A stretch of DNA of 64,000 nucleotides, taken from assembly GCA_002633005.1 (NCBI GenBank), contig NMRA01000521.1, positions 69,446 through 133,445 on the forward strand. The letters run 5' to 3'. The stretch comes from Phoronis australis. Its lineage: Eukaryota > Animalia > Phoronida. Both the position numbers and the translations under genes were made by a program. Shown one piece after another: positions 11,933-25,595 of this stretch. Under the pieces are notes generated by a model. That model ran no database searches and was not told the origin of the DNA. It was given only the letters and a program-made list of their open reading frames with translations. Position 1 is the first letter of the stretch. Each line of letters opens with the position of its first letter.

Positions 11933-14350
11933 AGGCGTGCCTATTTTTACTAAGTTCAGCTAATACGCGTGAACCTATAATCATACGATTCTATGTCACA
12001 CTTGTTTTGCCATGAAAAATATTTTGCTGTTGCCAATATATTAACTGCCCATTGCCTTTTATTTGGCACTTCAATTCTAAATGTAAGCCAAGTTTAGCTC
12101 CTCCTTTCCTTAAAGCTTCCAGGGAAATCCTGTTGAGGACTAGTGTATATTAACACTTAGATTGCTGCATACCAAGCAGATGCAAAGTGTGGAAGATGCA
12201 AACAGGGTTCAAGAATGCAATCGACAAGGTGCCAACCGGCGGCGGCGAGTTAAGGTTACTCTTGCACTTTAGACAGGTTTGTGTAATTTAAGCTAAATAA
12301 TTACAAAAGTTATAGAGCCCGACTCCTTAAAACATCAGTTTTTCAAAATGTGAAAAGTATAGAATTATACTTCTTCCAATCTATGATTAACTTGGTCAGG
12401 TGACCATGTCTTTTAGTAAAACTCAACAAAACAAAAAAGGTGCATTGAAAAAATGATGTTCTAAATGGTCATTCCATTCCGATTTTATGCAAATGTTGAG
12501 TTTTTCATGTTAATGGAGCAAAAGTGGAAAATTTTAAGATCAACTTCCGACACTATGTTAGAGCACAGTGCGTAAAGCATAGTACCTGAAAGTTTCATAT
12601 GAATCCGACCAGCCATTTTTGAAATGTGATGTCCCGAAATTGACCGAATTTCGACATTGTCCTAGGGATCTACTACATGTACCATATTTAGTCCTTATCT
12701 CAAGTTCAAAAACTTGATAACATATACAACATTGAGTAATATGTAACACGGCATAATTTTTTCTTCCTTTCTGTTAACAAATCAAAAGCTCGCTTGAGCA
12801 CAATTTTGTACCTCGGCCGCGACCAGAAAGTCAGACTCTTACCGTCTATTTCTGCTACTTAAGATCCCTGTACATCAGTTAAGGAACGATTCACGAATGG
12901 CGGCCATGTTGCCCTTGAAAAGTTTTAACGTACACTGTACAGTTTTCACCGTGATCGTCAAAGTGTTGTTATTCTGTATGGTTGTTTTGATTGTCATTTT
13001 GTTTTTTTTTTTGTACAACTTTCCTTATTTGTTGTCCAATTGTTATACTGTATCGGTTCTTTGCGTATGCCGAGTGGCATTTAACCCAGTTATAATTTTG
13101 TGACTACATGTACCTCGCACCTCCCAAGAACAACGGGATATTCCAGACTCATCAGAGTAATCAGTCTCTGTACGTCAAATTTCAGCAACAGTACCAGATC
13201 TGATAATACATTAAGATGGAAAACCTGGCAAATGTATTTTTATCGCCATATCATGAAACTAATGTAATGCGCCTGCGCAATTGCCAGGTGAATACCTGAC
13301 GCGTGATCACCTTTTCGCCTAACTTGGAACCATGGTTCAGCAACTGGCCTCCGACTCGATCGCTCACGATAATTTTATGAGACGAATCATGAATTGGCAT
13401 GGCTACAATCACATCGACATAATTTTCGTTTTTGGGTGCGGTGTGTTTCGTCGTTATCATGAATTGACATGTTATCATTTTTATCAGAAGTTGTAGAGTG
13501 CCAGGTTACTTTTGGCGAGGGAATTGGCATGATAACTATCACATCGACATAATTTTCGTTTTTGGTTGTAGTGTGTTGCGTCGTAATCAGAAATTGACAG
13601 GCGAGGGTCTTTATCAGGCGTCATAATTTGCCAGGTTACGTTTGGCGTGTGCTGTCGGCGTTGTCAAATTGTACGCAAATCCTCAAGTTTTGTTGATTGC
13701 CCTTACCGATGATTGACTGCCATAACGATGATTGACAGCTTTACTACAAACATCCCCCACACAAGCAGATGCATTCATGTCAACAATTGACTTTGGTCAA
13801 TTTGTAATTGTTTTCTGATGGTTCATGAGTCTTGGCAATTGCGGCGGTTTTCAAGGATAGTGAACCAGTCGAGTGGGTGTCAACGTACGGTTCTTTCCAT
13901 GCTTAAATTAATGATTCTTTATGAATTTTAATGTCCCAGTAATTTTAAATGTATGTGATCGGTGTTTTTGAATACGAATAAACTTGCTGTGGAAATGAAA
14001 AATGGAAGAGTGGATGATATTTGAGTTGAATTTGCCATTGGAAATGTGTTTTATTACTATTTCCCACGATGCTACTTAGGCAGGCAACATTATTGTTGAG
14101 ATACAGAGACGATGGGAAGAACTGGAAAATTGCTGTTAAATGTAGAGTATGCCAGGAGCCAAATGCAGTTGTTTTTTAGAAAGGTGATCAATTTGAACAT
14201 TTGTTATTACAATAGATATTTATGGATTATATGTTCTAGCAGTTTAGACAAGCTGGTGCAGGACAGTCGCACGTACGCACGTGATTTTAATTCGGTGCAA
14301 TGTGAGACAGGCAGTGTCATAATACAGTATACGTTTAAACATAAATATGG

Positions 14351-14455
14351 GTGTGTGTGCGTGTGTGTGTGTGTGCGCGTGTGCTCCCGTGTGTGCGCGC
14401 GTGGTTGTCCGTGGATGTGTGCGTGTGTGCAAACGCATATGTGCGTGCGTGTGAT
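14351..14455. repeat. Degenerate (GT/GC)n microsatellite
   Basis: gtgtgtgtgcgtgtgtgtgt... directly visible. Confidence 0.8.
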
Positions 14456-14867
14456 CTGTGCATGTGCTGTACGTATTATCAGAAAGTCTTCCTGATATTA
14501 TATATTTATGAAGAATTCAGTAAACACGCGTCTCTTGTCGGTTAACGATGTCCATACATACTCGCTCAAACGCTGTTTACATGTAAGTGTTGATCAGCCG
14601 CAGGGCAACAATAGAGAAAACAGGGAAAAGAAACACAACAAGGATATTAAAATAACCGGTACTTCTGAAGAAAGGGCATATCTTACCTTCAGGAACGTCG
14701 TGTCACACCTTTAAACAACGATGCGTAACAAACGGTCACGACCACAAGCCGAGTGGGTGCCGTGGAAAGAAAAACAGACACAGCGTGCGGCATTCCCCTC
14801 GAGCTGCACATTCAACACAGGATTTACACAAGCAATAACCAATAACTCCAAAATCCTCTACCATTGC

Positions 14868-15024
14868 CAGGGGCGGATCCAGGATTTTGAGTTAGTGGGG
14901 CCAGGGCAGAGTATTAGCCAAGATTTCGCCCGCCAGACATTCGCATCCCCGCACTGCCAAAGGGAACCTGGGAGAATTTAAGGGGGGGCATGGCCCCCTT
15001 GGCCCCCCTCTATATCCGCCACTG
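14868..15024. mobile_element. MITE (family 2), second copy
   Basis: CAGGGGCGGAT ... ATCCGCCACTG; flanks ATTGC/ATTGT; internal sequence matches 11771-11932. Confidence 0.75.
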
Positions 15025-18000
15025 ATTGTCAAAACAATTCCATGTAGTTATTTTATTCCCATGGCAGTATAATGAATGGTCTGGTGTTAGACCACTCTAC
15101 AGATCAATGCATTGGCAGTCAGCCGTAAGGGCCGCGGAAAGGGTAAAAATAGGTTTGTTTTTTACCAGTTATGTTTGATTTTCCAAACACGATTGTTTTT
15201 TACGAATTAGGATTGAGTTTCCACACAGGATTGATTTTGATGAATTAGGCTTTATTTTCCTATTAAGTATTTTTGGCCTTTCTGGATAATAAATTCATTC
15301 TTGGGACTGAAAAATTGGACCACATAGATAGTCCCCGGATTGGTTTAGCAACACAAGAAAACAAGATTTAAAAGCTCAAACGCAGCAGGTCAGAAGTAGC
15401 TGTTTGCGCCATGATTATGTTATCGCAGGAAAACAGCAAACAAGAGTGGCCCTTGGTAGTGGCTTTCAACATTCGCCAGTACCCGCGGTATGAGGAATCT
15501 GTCTGTACTAGAGTAGCTTGACTTGAACACCATACAGTGTAGCTACGAACTGAGTTAACACGTGTTGGGAAGTTTTTAACGGCCTGTCTTGAGACGTTGT
15601 ACATGTGTATATTTTTCCGCAATCACTTACCATGTTTCTTTAACACTGTGGAAAAAATAATTTGCAAACGATATGAGTTGAAGCATCCCCAAAGCCCCGC
15701 CTATTTAAAACATTCAAAAATTAATTCTTTTATGCCTATCGATGTTTTAGAATGTATTTGTTTTAAGAAATATTACCTTACTGGGACCAGACGAAACTGG
15801 GTTTGCTCTTCTCTTCTGCGCAGAATGCATGGTGCAACAACACACACGGAGACGCTGTAAGTTCAAGGAGACGCGCTACCCTGAATGAGCGCAAGCTGAC
15901 ACCACAGAGTTCACTTAAGAGGTTACACAACAAAGACGCAGCATGTCGCAGTTTGCACCCAGACGATAAATAATAGACGCCTTCATGACTTCATAATGCT
16001 AAGTAGGTCAACTGTGCTGAGAAGCGTTCTTTTTTCAGGAGCGAAACTAGGAGCTTTAGGTGGGAAGGGGGTCAAATCATGCGGAGACTCAGGGGGGCTC
16101 GGGGGGCAGAACTAAGTCAACCATTCGGCAAAGTGGGCAAAAAGGTCCGCCTCAGCGAAACAAAACCTCCGAAAAAAGTATAAAACGAGACAAAAGTCGA
16201 CTGAAAAGGCAGGGACAACCTAAATTAGTCCAGTGCACTATTCACTGGTCTAAACGTACCCGGTATTAGATACGGGTCTACATTCTTACAGCCCAAAAAC
16301 TTTTAGGCTGGGTGCGCGCATGCAAGCGTAAATTGAGTTAACAAAAACACTTCGAAAATTCATTTGTGCTTACTTTGAACTAGGAAGTGCAACGCATTTG
16401 GTTTTAGTAGTTTTAAGTTTGCAAGACATGTGTTTCCTAATTATGAATTCGAGAAAACGATATAATTAATAGATTTTCAAACATACAATATGATGCATTC
16501 CCAGGGGCCCAAGCTATACTGTATAAAGGTGTGGGACCCTAGTCATTACAATTTCTAACTTTTGTCACAATTTTCAAACTGCCCTACATATGTAACTTGC
16601 CACAGCTTACGTGTGAGTCCTAGCTACGGCGACGCGGTTACGCAATTGGAAATCTCAGTGCTGGTGTACTAGTTAATACAAAATCGACAAAACTGAGAAG
16701 CTTTATCGGACTAGAAAGTCCAGAGCCGGTGTATATGATGAATATTGGCATCACAAAGTAATCCCCGCTACGTGTTGTTACACCATCTGTGTGTGTGTGT
16801 GTGTGCGTGCGTGCGTCAGTGCGTTTGCGTGTTTGTGTGCTTTGCCCGATACTGTGCAGTGCGGTGTGCGGACCTTATTTATTGTCACTTCGTCTCAAAT
16901 TGTCACATCTTTAATATTTTGACATTTAAGGTCATCGCTGCAGGCCCATGCGAAGTTTCGCAATTTGCTCAAATTGTTACATGTTTTGCGTGTAACAATT
17001 TGGGCCTGCGCCATACTACATACCTAAGTTGTCATAACAGTCTAATTTGTCACAATACAATAAAATGGGTTTAAACCGGCTCACAGACGATTTTCGTACT
17101 TCACTACTTCTGTAAATCAAGATAGTTCTAGTAAACTTTTTTTTTTCAATTCGGCGATGCTGCATTTTGAAACTGGGAAGGGTACGTACATGTACTATTA
17201 CGAAGTTACCTCAAAATCCCGCACATGCATGTACTGTAAGCCACTGGCCTTGGCTCTTACACAGTAGGCGAAATAAAGAATTATATGTAGAAGACTTTTA
17301 CAGTGCAGTGTAACGATTGCGAACAATGGCACACATTAAGTACATGGAAAAGTACAGTAAAAGGTCGCAGAAGTATGAAAGATTTGACAAAGCCACGGAA
17401 AAGAAATGTAGGTCCGCAGTGAGGGGATTAATGAAGGAGACATTGGCCAGAGGAGACATCGTCAAAATGTGCAGTAGGCTTACGACGCAGTGTGTGACCC
17501 GCCGGAACTAAGCTACGTTGATTCAAGGAGATCAAATGGTTTCAATGTGATAGAACGCTTCAGAAAACCAAGTGTACCTACTCCTTTATAACCCAGTCCT
17601 ATTGTTCACGTTTCATTAATCACGAGTTAGTCTGCACAAAAATAACATTTCCCATCTCCCATGTATGCATAGAGGTGGTGGGAAGAAATACATTATTTGC
17701 TTTTTGTGTGAATACTTATGGAAATTTCCGCTCGCTATAATGGTGCTAAAACCAAGGTGCACCGAATGCGTGTGTGACCCAGAACTACTTAAGGCTACGT
17801 ATGACGTTCTATAGTGTCTCGGATAAACAGTGAAACATCGCCCTATCGCTGCTGCGCCACCCGGCGGACTTTGACATAGATGACGATCGTATAATAACTT
17901 CCACTATTGTCAAGGGTCACGGGTGCGAAACAACATGACCGCCGGTCCTCTTAAATCAAAACATCGCCCAAAACAGGACCTCCGGGGATCAATGGGACCG

Positions 18001-18106
18001 TCCCACCAGAAAATGGGACTGCACACCTAATAACATATAACCGCCCCACCAGAAAACAGGACCGCCGGGGACTGATATGACCGCCGGGGATTGAAACCGC
18101 AATGAC

Positions 18107-19360
18107 AAACTAGAAAGATTATTGTCACGGCGTGACAATAACGGACTCTGCGCGTGCGTATTACTGGAATTATTATGTGAAGTTACTGACAGCAACCCGT
18201 TTACCAATATGAAAAGGAATTCTTAAAAAATGTAAGAGAAATTACATTTTAATATTTTGATGACCTTTCCACTAATTGACCTCTTCCGGTGCATTATGAG
18301 CCCCGATGAGGGAGTAATTGTTAACTCGATTAAAAGTGTGGTTAATGCTAATAATCACAGATGTTTTACTTGAAGCACTTCCGAATACAAGATGAATGAA
18401 GTGGTCAAACTTGCAGAAGAAAAATGCACCAAATGACCTGAAAATTTAGAATTCAAACTCAATCGCACTTGGTAAACACATACATAATTCTGAAGTCTCT
18501 AGCTCAAAATTTTAGTTTGCACTCAATGACCTTTGACCTATTTTTTCTGATTGGTTAGGCCTATTGCAAAGTAAAGTAGGGTATTCAATTGGCACGTTGA
18601 CTTACTCCAGTGTGCTGAAACCGAAAAGAATTCCTTAAAAAACGTAAGACATATAACATTTTGAATGTTACATGACCTTTGCACTAATTGACTTTATCCG
18701 GTGCATTTTAAGCATCTTTAGGAGAATTATTGCAAAGCCCATTGAAAATGTGTTTAACGCTGAGAATCACAGTTGTCTAACGGTTGACACCTCAGAATAC
18801 TTGCTGATTGAAAAGGTCAAATTTTCAGAAGAAAAATGCACCTAATGACCCCCATGTTTGCACTAAATGACCTGAAACTTTAGATTCCGATTTGATTTAC
18901 CTGTGGCAATCAGACCTGTCAATTTGAAGTGTCTGGCTCAAAATTTTAGTTTGCACCTAATGACCTTTGACCTATTTCACCTGATTGGATGACCTGATTA
19001 CTTAGAAAAGTAATTTTTTAAATTGTCATGTTGACTTATACCTGTGCACCGAATTTGCAAAAGATAGATTTAAAACTGAAGGAGTAGCATTTTGAAAATT
19101 ATATGACCTTTGCACCAAACGACCTCTTCCGGAGCAATATGGAATATGATTATATAACCAATCAAAATTTATATACTGTCAAAAGTCATATGCTGAGTTT
19201 AAAGACCGTACGTGTACCCAATTTGGAGTTATTAAGCCTCAAAGTTGGTCGGAAGAAGAAGAATAAGAATAAGAATAAGAAGAATAAGAATAAGAATAAG
19301 AATAAAATTGAAGAAAACCCAGTAACAACAATACTCTGCGCTTACACGCGCAGAGTAACA
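18107..19360. mobile_element. Second HINE-like non-autonomous element with ~410-430-bp internal repeats and an (AAGAAT)n microsatellite
   Basis: 5' AAACTAG plus palindrome TTATTGTCACG-G-CGTGACAATAA; subterminal IR ACTCTGCGCGTG (~18145) vs CACGCGCAGAGT (~19345); 3' hairpin ACTCTGCGC..GCGCAGAGT; repeats begin at ~18211 and ~18623; (AAGAAT)n ~19252-19305. Confidence 0.7.
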
Positions 19361-20358
19361 AGCTAAGATTTATTATCGGTAGGCCTACACAGATCATACA
19401 ATGGAGCTATATACGTAGGCATATGCAGGTCTTGTGCCAATTAATCCAACGAAATCTTTTGTGCGCTACAGGACACTTCGCTTTGTAACACGCGGCGCTT
19501 TTGTTTTAACCGCAAATCGACCCCGTTACACGCTTTTGAGCTAAATAATTATAACTTTATCCACTGCGTAAGTTTTAGAACAAAAGTAAAGTCGTTTTCC
19601 TCCAATGTGACGCTTTTGTCAAGAAAAAAAAATAAAACAGGCTTTCTGGTTCTCGGGTGAAGCATCATATAACTAGCCTTTGTCGCAGCTTGGCGCCGAT
19701 GTGGGTAAAACACTGCACATATAAAATCTTAGCCGAATTAGTGTTAATAACGACACTCTTCCTAGAGAAAAACTAAAATTATTTATCGGCGCTCGCCGGA
19801 AAAAAAATTGTCGTTCTGTCGTTATTCTGCTTGAGATGCGTTCTTTTAGGTCGGCTAACATTGACCAGTTCCTTTTTCACCGATTCTTCAGTCAGCTCTT
19901 CTTCTCTTCTACGAGGTTGCGAACATGGCACAACAAATTATCGGAACTGGTTTCATTTCGTCATAAGTTTTTAGTATTTTAATACCAGCAAACCCAATTT
20001 CAGAGCACATCGGTGCTGCTGCTCAGTTGAGTCATCATCTTCCGAAAGATGTCGAAAAATTTTAGGAAATGGCGCGTGCTCATGACGGTCACGAGCGCGA
20101 CAAACTTTTGTTAAAATAGGCAAACACATGGTGTACATTAGATTGTTTTTCACACAAGCGGCTGCAACCTGCTGACAAACGCAATCAAGGTCGTTTCATG
20201 AAGACCAATTCGGGTTTTGGTCATCGGTCTCAGACAAGAATTTAGTCGATCTTTGACGCAAGTGAGCTAAAATTCTACGCTTTCGTCATATGTTGCGATT
20301 CCAAAAAATAAGCCACGCATGTGTGAAGTACGGTTAAAACATTAATGTTGATCTTTAA

Positions 20359-21692
20359 AGGCGAAGGCAACCTTTTTTCATGTCACTTTTAACAAAAGTA
20401 AGGTTCGTTGATTATCCCAGACACATTTTTCACTTAATTACAGCTTTTCGCAATTTGATTAATTTCTCGTCCTCTACTCCGGAAGTGACGTTTTGGGAGG
20501 CAAGAGTTTCGCGCCAGTATCTTCTCATTATAGTCTGACTGAGAGCTGTCGAGTCAGTCATTGTTCTACCTCGGTTGTGATAAGTTCGGTCGTCGTTTGC
20601 TTTTGTTTGCAAGTCAGTCAACATGCCACGCTGTTGCTACGTGCCGGGATGTACTCATTATCGTCTCACACGCGCTTTGGGTACATTGCGTCGCTTTCCG
20701 AAGGATGACACACTTCGCCGTACTTGGCTAGCTCATTCATGTGAAGAACGCTGCCTTACCCGTCCAGGCAACGTACAAAGCAGTGGAGTGTTACCGAGTG
20801 TGTGGCAAGCATTTTCTGCCGTCAGATTACGACAGAGATATGTACGCTGAATTGATGAAAGTCCCTGCGTAACAACGCCTGAAGAAGGGTACTATAGCGT
20901 CACTGTTGATTCCCGGCATTGACCCGTTGCCAACCCCAAGAAGTGCGTTTTGAAGCGAGAAGCTTCGCGATCGAGCTGTGGCCACTATATACAGTGACTG
21001 GTGGCACTTCATCTACTGTCACCTGTGCCTCCGAACGTACCCCATTGCATGCACATCCGGAACTAGCAGTGATTCGCCCTGTGCTGTTGTCTCTAGCCCA
21101 GAGCCTGTAGGCAACCCTGCAGCGATGCTGAGTAGTGGGATCGAATACAGGCCCAGTTCGACTCCCAGTGAAGAGGACAGTTCGTCATCCAATGAACAGA
21201 TTGGTGAGCCTAAGTTTGATAAGCTTATTGCGTACTTGTATTGGAGCTATTTAGAAGGTGCCAGGTGTGTGGCGAGGGAGTCACACGGCGGGATGTAAGC
21301 AGTTTGGGTGCTCAGATCACCCTCCAGTGGGAGTGTGTCGCGGGACACTCGAGCAAGTGGGACAGTTCTTCCTCTGTACGTGAGACGGTAATGAGTACAT
21401 CCCAGTACGCAGCAACAGCATGGCATGTTGACTGACTCGTAAGCAAAAGCAAACGACGACCGAACTTATCACAACCGAGGTAGAACAATGACTGACTCTA
21501 CTGCTCTCACAGTCGGACTATATGAAAAGAAATTGGCGCGAAATTCTTGCCTCCCAAAACGTCACTTCCGGAGTAGACGACGAGTAATTAATTAAATTAC
21601 GAAAAGCAGTAAATAAGTGAAAAATATGTCTGGGATAATCAACGAACCTTATTTTTGTTAAAAATGACATGAAAAAAAGGTTGCCTTCGCCT
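20359..21692 (+). mobile_element. Kolobok-like DNA transposon derivative with TTAA TSD, ~310-bp inverted arms and a degenerate THAP plus transposase N-terminus
   Basis: TTAA|AGGCGAAGGCAACC ... GGTTGCCTTCGCCT|TTAA. THAP motifs MPRCCYVPGC..FPKD..RRTW and, after a frameshift, RVCGKHF...RLKKGTIASL. Downstream ELFRRCQVCG...G...LQWECVAGH..KWDSS is typical of the Kolobok transposase N-terminus. Contains stops and frameshifts; no DDE core. Confidence 0.8.
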
Positions 21693-21931
21693 TTAAACTC
21701 TTACTTCCTTTAAGAATAATCACCAGCTCACAATATTATGCTATACCATCAACTATGTAAATTAGTAACAATACATCCGTTTGAAGACACTCTTATTATA
21801 TTCTCCCCGAAAATACATCTAGGTTTTAAACAAGCAACTTTCACATTAAGTTCAAACAATTCCAACCCAGTTCTAATTTCTGATTAGCTGTGGGTGGTAA
21901 TCAGCCGTAGACTAAATCACAATTCGACAAC

Positions 21932-22086
21932 CAGTGCTGTAGTGGGGCATAGGCGCACTTAGGCGAAGCCAACCACCTTTTGGCATTTGGACGAAGCGCC
22001 TACGCATCGTACAAGTTGGCAGTGCTTAAGGTGATACGGTGGGCTTTCGGCGCCTACCTACCTTCAATTTTACCACTACACCACTG
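21932..22086. mobile_element. hAT-like MITE
   Basis: CAGTGCTGTAGTGG / CCACTACACCACTG ends; 8-bp flanks TCGACAAC / CCGACAAC. Confidence 0.6.
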
Positions 22087-23184
22087 CCGACAACGCACTG
22101 ATTTTAAGTTTAGAACTGTAATTTGGCTTTTGTCGAGACGCAGTTGCTCTTAGTCCCGAGCTAGTTCCTGTGTAAACTGCAATGTCCCAATTTTAATCGC
22201 TCAAAGTAGGCTGTCAAACAGGCTACGTCGGTGATCTTTTTGAGGTTTCCAACATGACATCAATCTGTATCGGTACCTCGTATCCAAATACCATTTTGTA
22301 AGGCGAGCACGCATTACTGTCATATGTCATGGACCTCACACATAACGTAAGGCTCGTGATTGTCCCAATACTGGCGATTCTATAGCCAAATGAACGTTGT
22401 AAGAAATTTGCCGGGCTGTTTGTTTAAATCATTCGACCATGCTTCTGTCCATTTACTGACTAATCGCCAACCTTGATTTGCTTCAAGAGGGTGCGTACTC
22501 ACTTTGGCCCAGGCTTATGGCGTGTGCACACGCTGCATTTCCGACACCATCACATGACACTGTGTAGACCTTGCCAACAGCAGCATGCACCTCACAGCTG
22601 TCGGGGTTCTCTTCATTCCCTGATAGTCTGCTGTTACGTTCTTTTTCATTCGCGCTATTTTATTGAGCGTATATGATAATCGACATCCTAGGAACAATCA
22701 AAGAAAAATATGTACATATCCATTTATTGCCAACATAAAACATTTTTTTTGCTGACGCTGCTATATTATCAAATTTATATGGTGGTGACAATGCACTTGA
22801 TTTCAAGTCCCTTGATTGTGTACAGAACCTCTAATTACCAACTCCAAGTATTTTGATGCAAAAGAAGTTGAGCAACTTCTTGAATGAAATAAAAACAATA
22901 AGTCTAACTGTGCAAAGTATTAAAAGTTCAATTATTCCGCGCAGAATTCATTTGATTTAAATCTTTCCTACACAGTATCCACTCTGAATAATTATATTTT
23001 GACATCATCATAATTAATACACGAATAATGCTTAACCACGACCATATAACCTTGATATAGTGCTTTAGTTAAAAGTTTGTTTTTTCAAACAGTATTACAC
23101 TTTGTCGGTTGCTCGCACTACCCCTAAAATGATTGAATGTGGCATTCACTGAAGAGCAGACGAAACGCTTACACTTAGTTGGGG

Positions 23185-25595
23185 AACGACATTTGTAACG
23201 TTGGTAAATCCTTGATTTGATTTGAATCGGTTGCGTTTTTTTCTTGTTTGGCTTTCAAACCTGCCGAATCGACTCTATTCGATTCCATAATCAAAGAAAA
23301 GCCAGCCGAGCTGGCGGCCCGACTCGTTGGTCCTGCAAGTCAGCGCTTGTCCATGCCCAGATCGAGTCGAGCTTGTGTAGATTGGGTTGAGGGGGTTTTG
23401 GGCTGTGGGTCGAGGATGTCATGGGTTTTGGGTTGAGGGTGTCGTGGGGTGTGGGGGTCGAGGGAGTCGAGGGCGTTTTGGAACATTCCAACATGCGATA
23501 TAATATACAGTTATCAACAATGGTGTACGAACAAAAATGTTATCCCAGAAAATCTTTTATAGTTAGTCAGTACTAAAACCAATAATCTATCCGAAATGGA
23601 AAGTTTATTCAACAACTACTTTACCCTAATTTTTCCATCCCTTTCTGAATCAATAACTATGACAAACAACTCAAACGGCAATCAATCTGTTTCCCTCCAA
23701 GACACCACTTCCACTTGCATACCAATTTTTAGCGAAGTTCCCAAAGGTTTTATTCTTGGCCCGCTTCTCTTCTTAATTTGCATCATTGATCTCCCATAAT
23801 CTTCTCCTGTGGACAATTTTCTTTATGCAGACGACACTTGTTTCGTCACACCTTAAAAGTTCACTAGAGCAAATTAACATCTTCCATTACACGCAAAAGA
23901 ATGTTGAAAATTGTCTTCTTCCCATCATTTATACAAGTAGCTAAAGAATCAGTCACCACTAAATTTAAAATACGTGGACTCTTGTGCATGTATATTAATT
24001 GAAATGCTATCTTCCTCTTTCAGCTCTCAAGTAAAAAATTCACCTGTCCTACCACATTTAAACTGTGGCATTATAGCTTAGGGTTTTTGCAACACTAAGA
24101 ACCTCCAGGCAGAATCCTTCGACATATATCTAATGTGCAGTATTCGCGCTTTACCCATATACCGTCTACAGTGTACTTCAAGACATTGTTAAAATGTCAA
24201 CTGCAAAAATTCTCTACAAATTCTTCAGTAATCAGGTACCTTGATAATTTTACATTAACAACTTCCTTAGTAGACCGATGCAATATAACAAACATTACTC
24301 CTACGTATCGGAATCAATATTCTGCTGCTATTTCGACAAGAAAACCTAAAATTTTCATTACCCCGTTCAACAAATTGTCATCAAGAGCGGTTGATCTTAA
24401 ATTCCTTGCCTTACTAACTACAACGAAATACCGGTCTCTGCTCTAAATAGAATAAAAACGTATTATTTGCAAGCATTCTCCGGGTTCCTAATCAATTTCA
24501 TGATTAGGAACTACCATCCAATCTGCCATATTTCCAACTGCTTCATACAGTGTAGTTGTATCAAGAAATTTGTGAACCAAAACTCCTACATGTATGTTAT
24601 GTCTGTCCACTTCTTTGTTCATGGCATGTCGCTTGTTTAGCGCTAATTCACTTTGTTCTCTTAAGAAATATCTCATAATTTCGCCTCTACCTGGTTTGAC
24701 TTTCTTATCTACTGTTTTTTCCATTTTTCCATTAATTTATTTTGAAAGGGGACCACGTTGTTAGCGGTCAAAAACCTTTTAGTTCGGGAGCCAGGAGGCT
24801 GAACCTTGATTTGCTTTGCCCGATTAAGTTTGTTCTTTTCTGTTGTTTTAAGCTAGGATTAAGTGACCGTGGAGTGACTCTTCGCAACCGTTGAGCATTT
24901 TCTAAATATTAAAAATATGCCCGCCATTAAGCAAAAGTCTATTTTTGCTTATAACTTCCTCACCACATACTGCAGGCAGATTATACCGAGATTTTCACCA
25001 ATGTTTTCGTAGTCAGCAAATTAAGTAGCGCAAGTGTTTTGGTGGATACAGCGTGAATTTGCGTAATTTATTAAAATTAAATCCGCCTGTTATTCAACAT
25101 TCTTCTTGTGCTTAGAGCTAGGGTACCATACACTGCAGTTGAACTATCATGACCTTTGCACCTATGTTCTTATGGTTAAATAGTGCATTGAATTCAGTTG
25201 CTTCACGAAAAAAATACACAATTATTGTAAAGTAAAGACGCTATTATTCAAAAGTTCTTGTTGTGTTTATATATGTACCTGATGATCATGATATTTGTAC
25301 AGATTGTTCTATACCACCCTCGACCCTCACGAGCCCTAGAGCCACGAGTCCCTCGACCCATGACCTACGACCCGTAACGCCCTCGTCGACCCAGTCTACA
25401 AAAGCTCTTCTGGATCTGAACATACATGTAGAACAAGCACTACTGTAACTTGCAGGACCAACGAGTCGGGCCATGAGCTCGGCTGGTTTTTCCCTGTTTT
25501 TGCAATTGAGATAATCAATCACCAAGTTTGAAGCCATCAACAGAAAACGCGACCAAATCAAATCAAAGACCTACCAAAGATACAAATGTCGTTCC
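23185..25595. repeat. Pair of diverged ~300-bp inverted repeats (23185-23490 and ~25300-25595); related fragment at ~28360-28480
   Basis: CCAGCCGAGCT..GGCCCGACTCGTTGGTCCTGCAAGT at ~23300 and its reverse complement at ~25447-25486; flanking TTTGTA..TTGGTA..TTGATTTGATTTG also mirrored. Confidence 0.7.
23674..23845 (+). pseudogene. LINE (CR1/L2-like) reverse transcriptase fragment
   Basis: NQSVSL..TTS...IFSEVPKGFILGPLLFLICIIDLP*SSPVDNFLYADDTCF = degenerate GVPQGSILGPLLFLIYINDL...YADDT. Confidence 0.85.

Noticed and set aside
14112-14545. Cys/Val- and His/Thr-rich ORFs
   Set aside because: Translations of a (GT)n microsatellite.
19660-20340. Minus-strand ORF fragments as a P-element/THAP transposase tail
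   Set aside because: Resemblance too weak and interrupted by stops.
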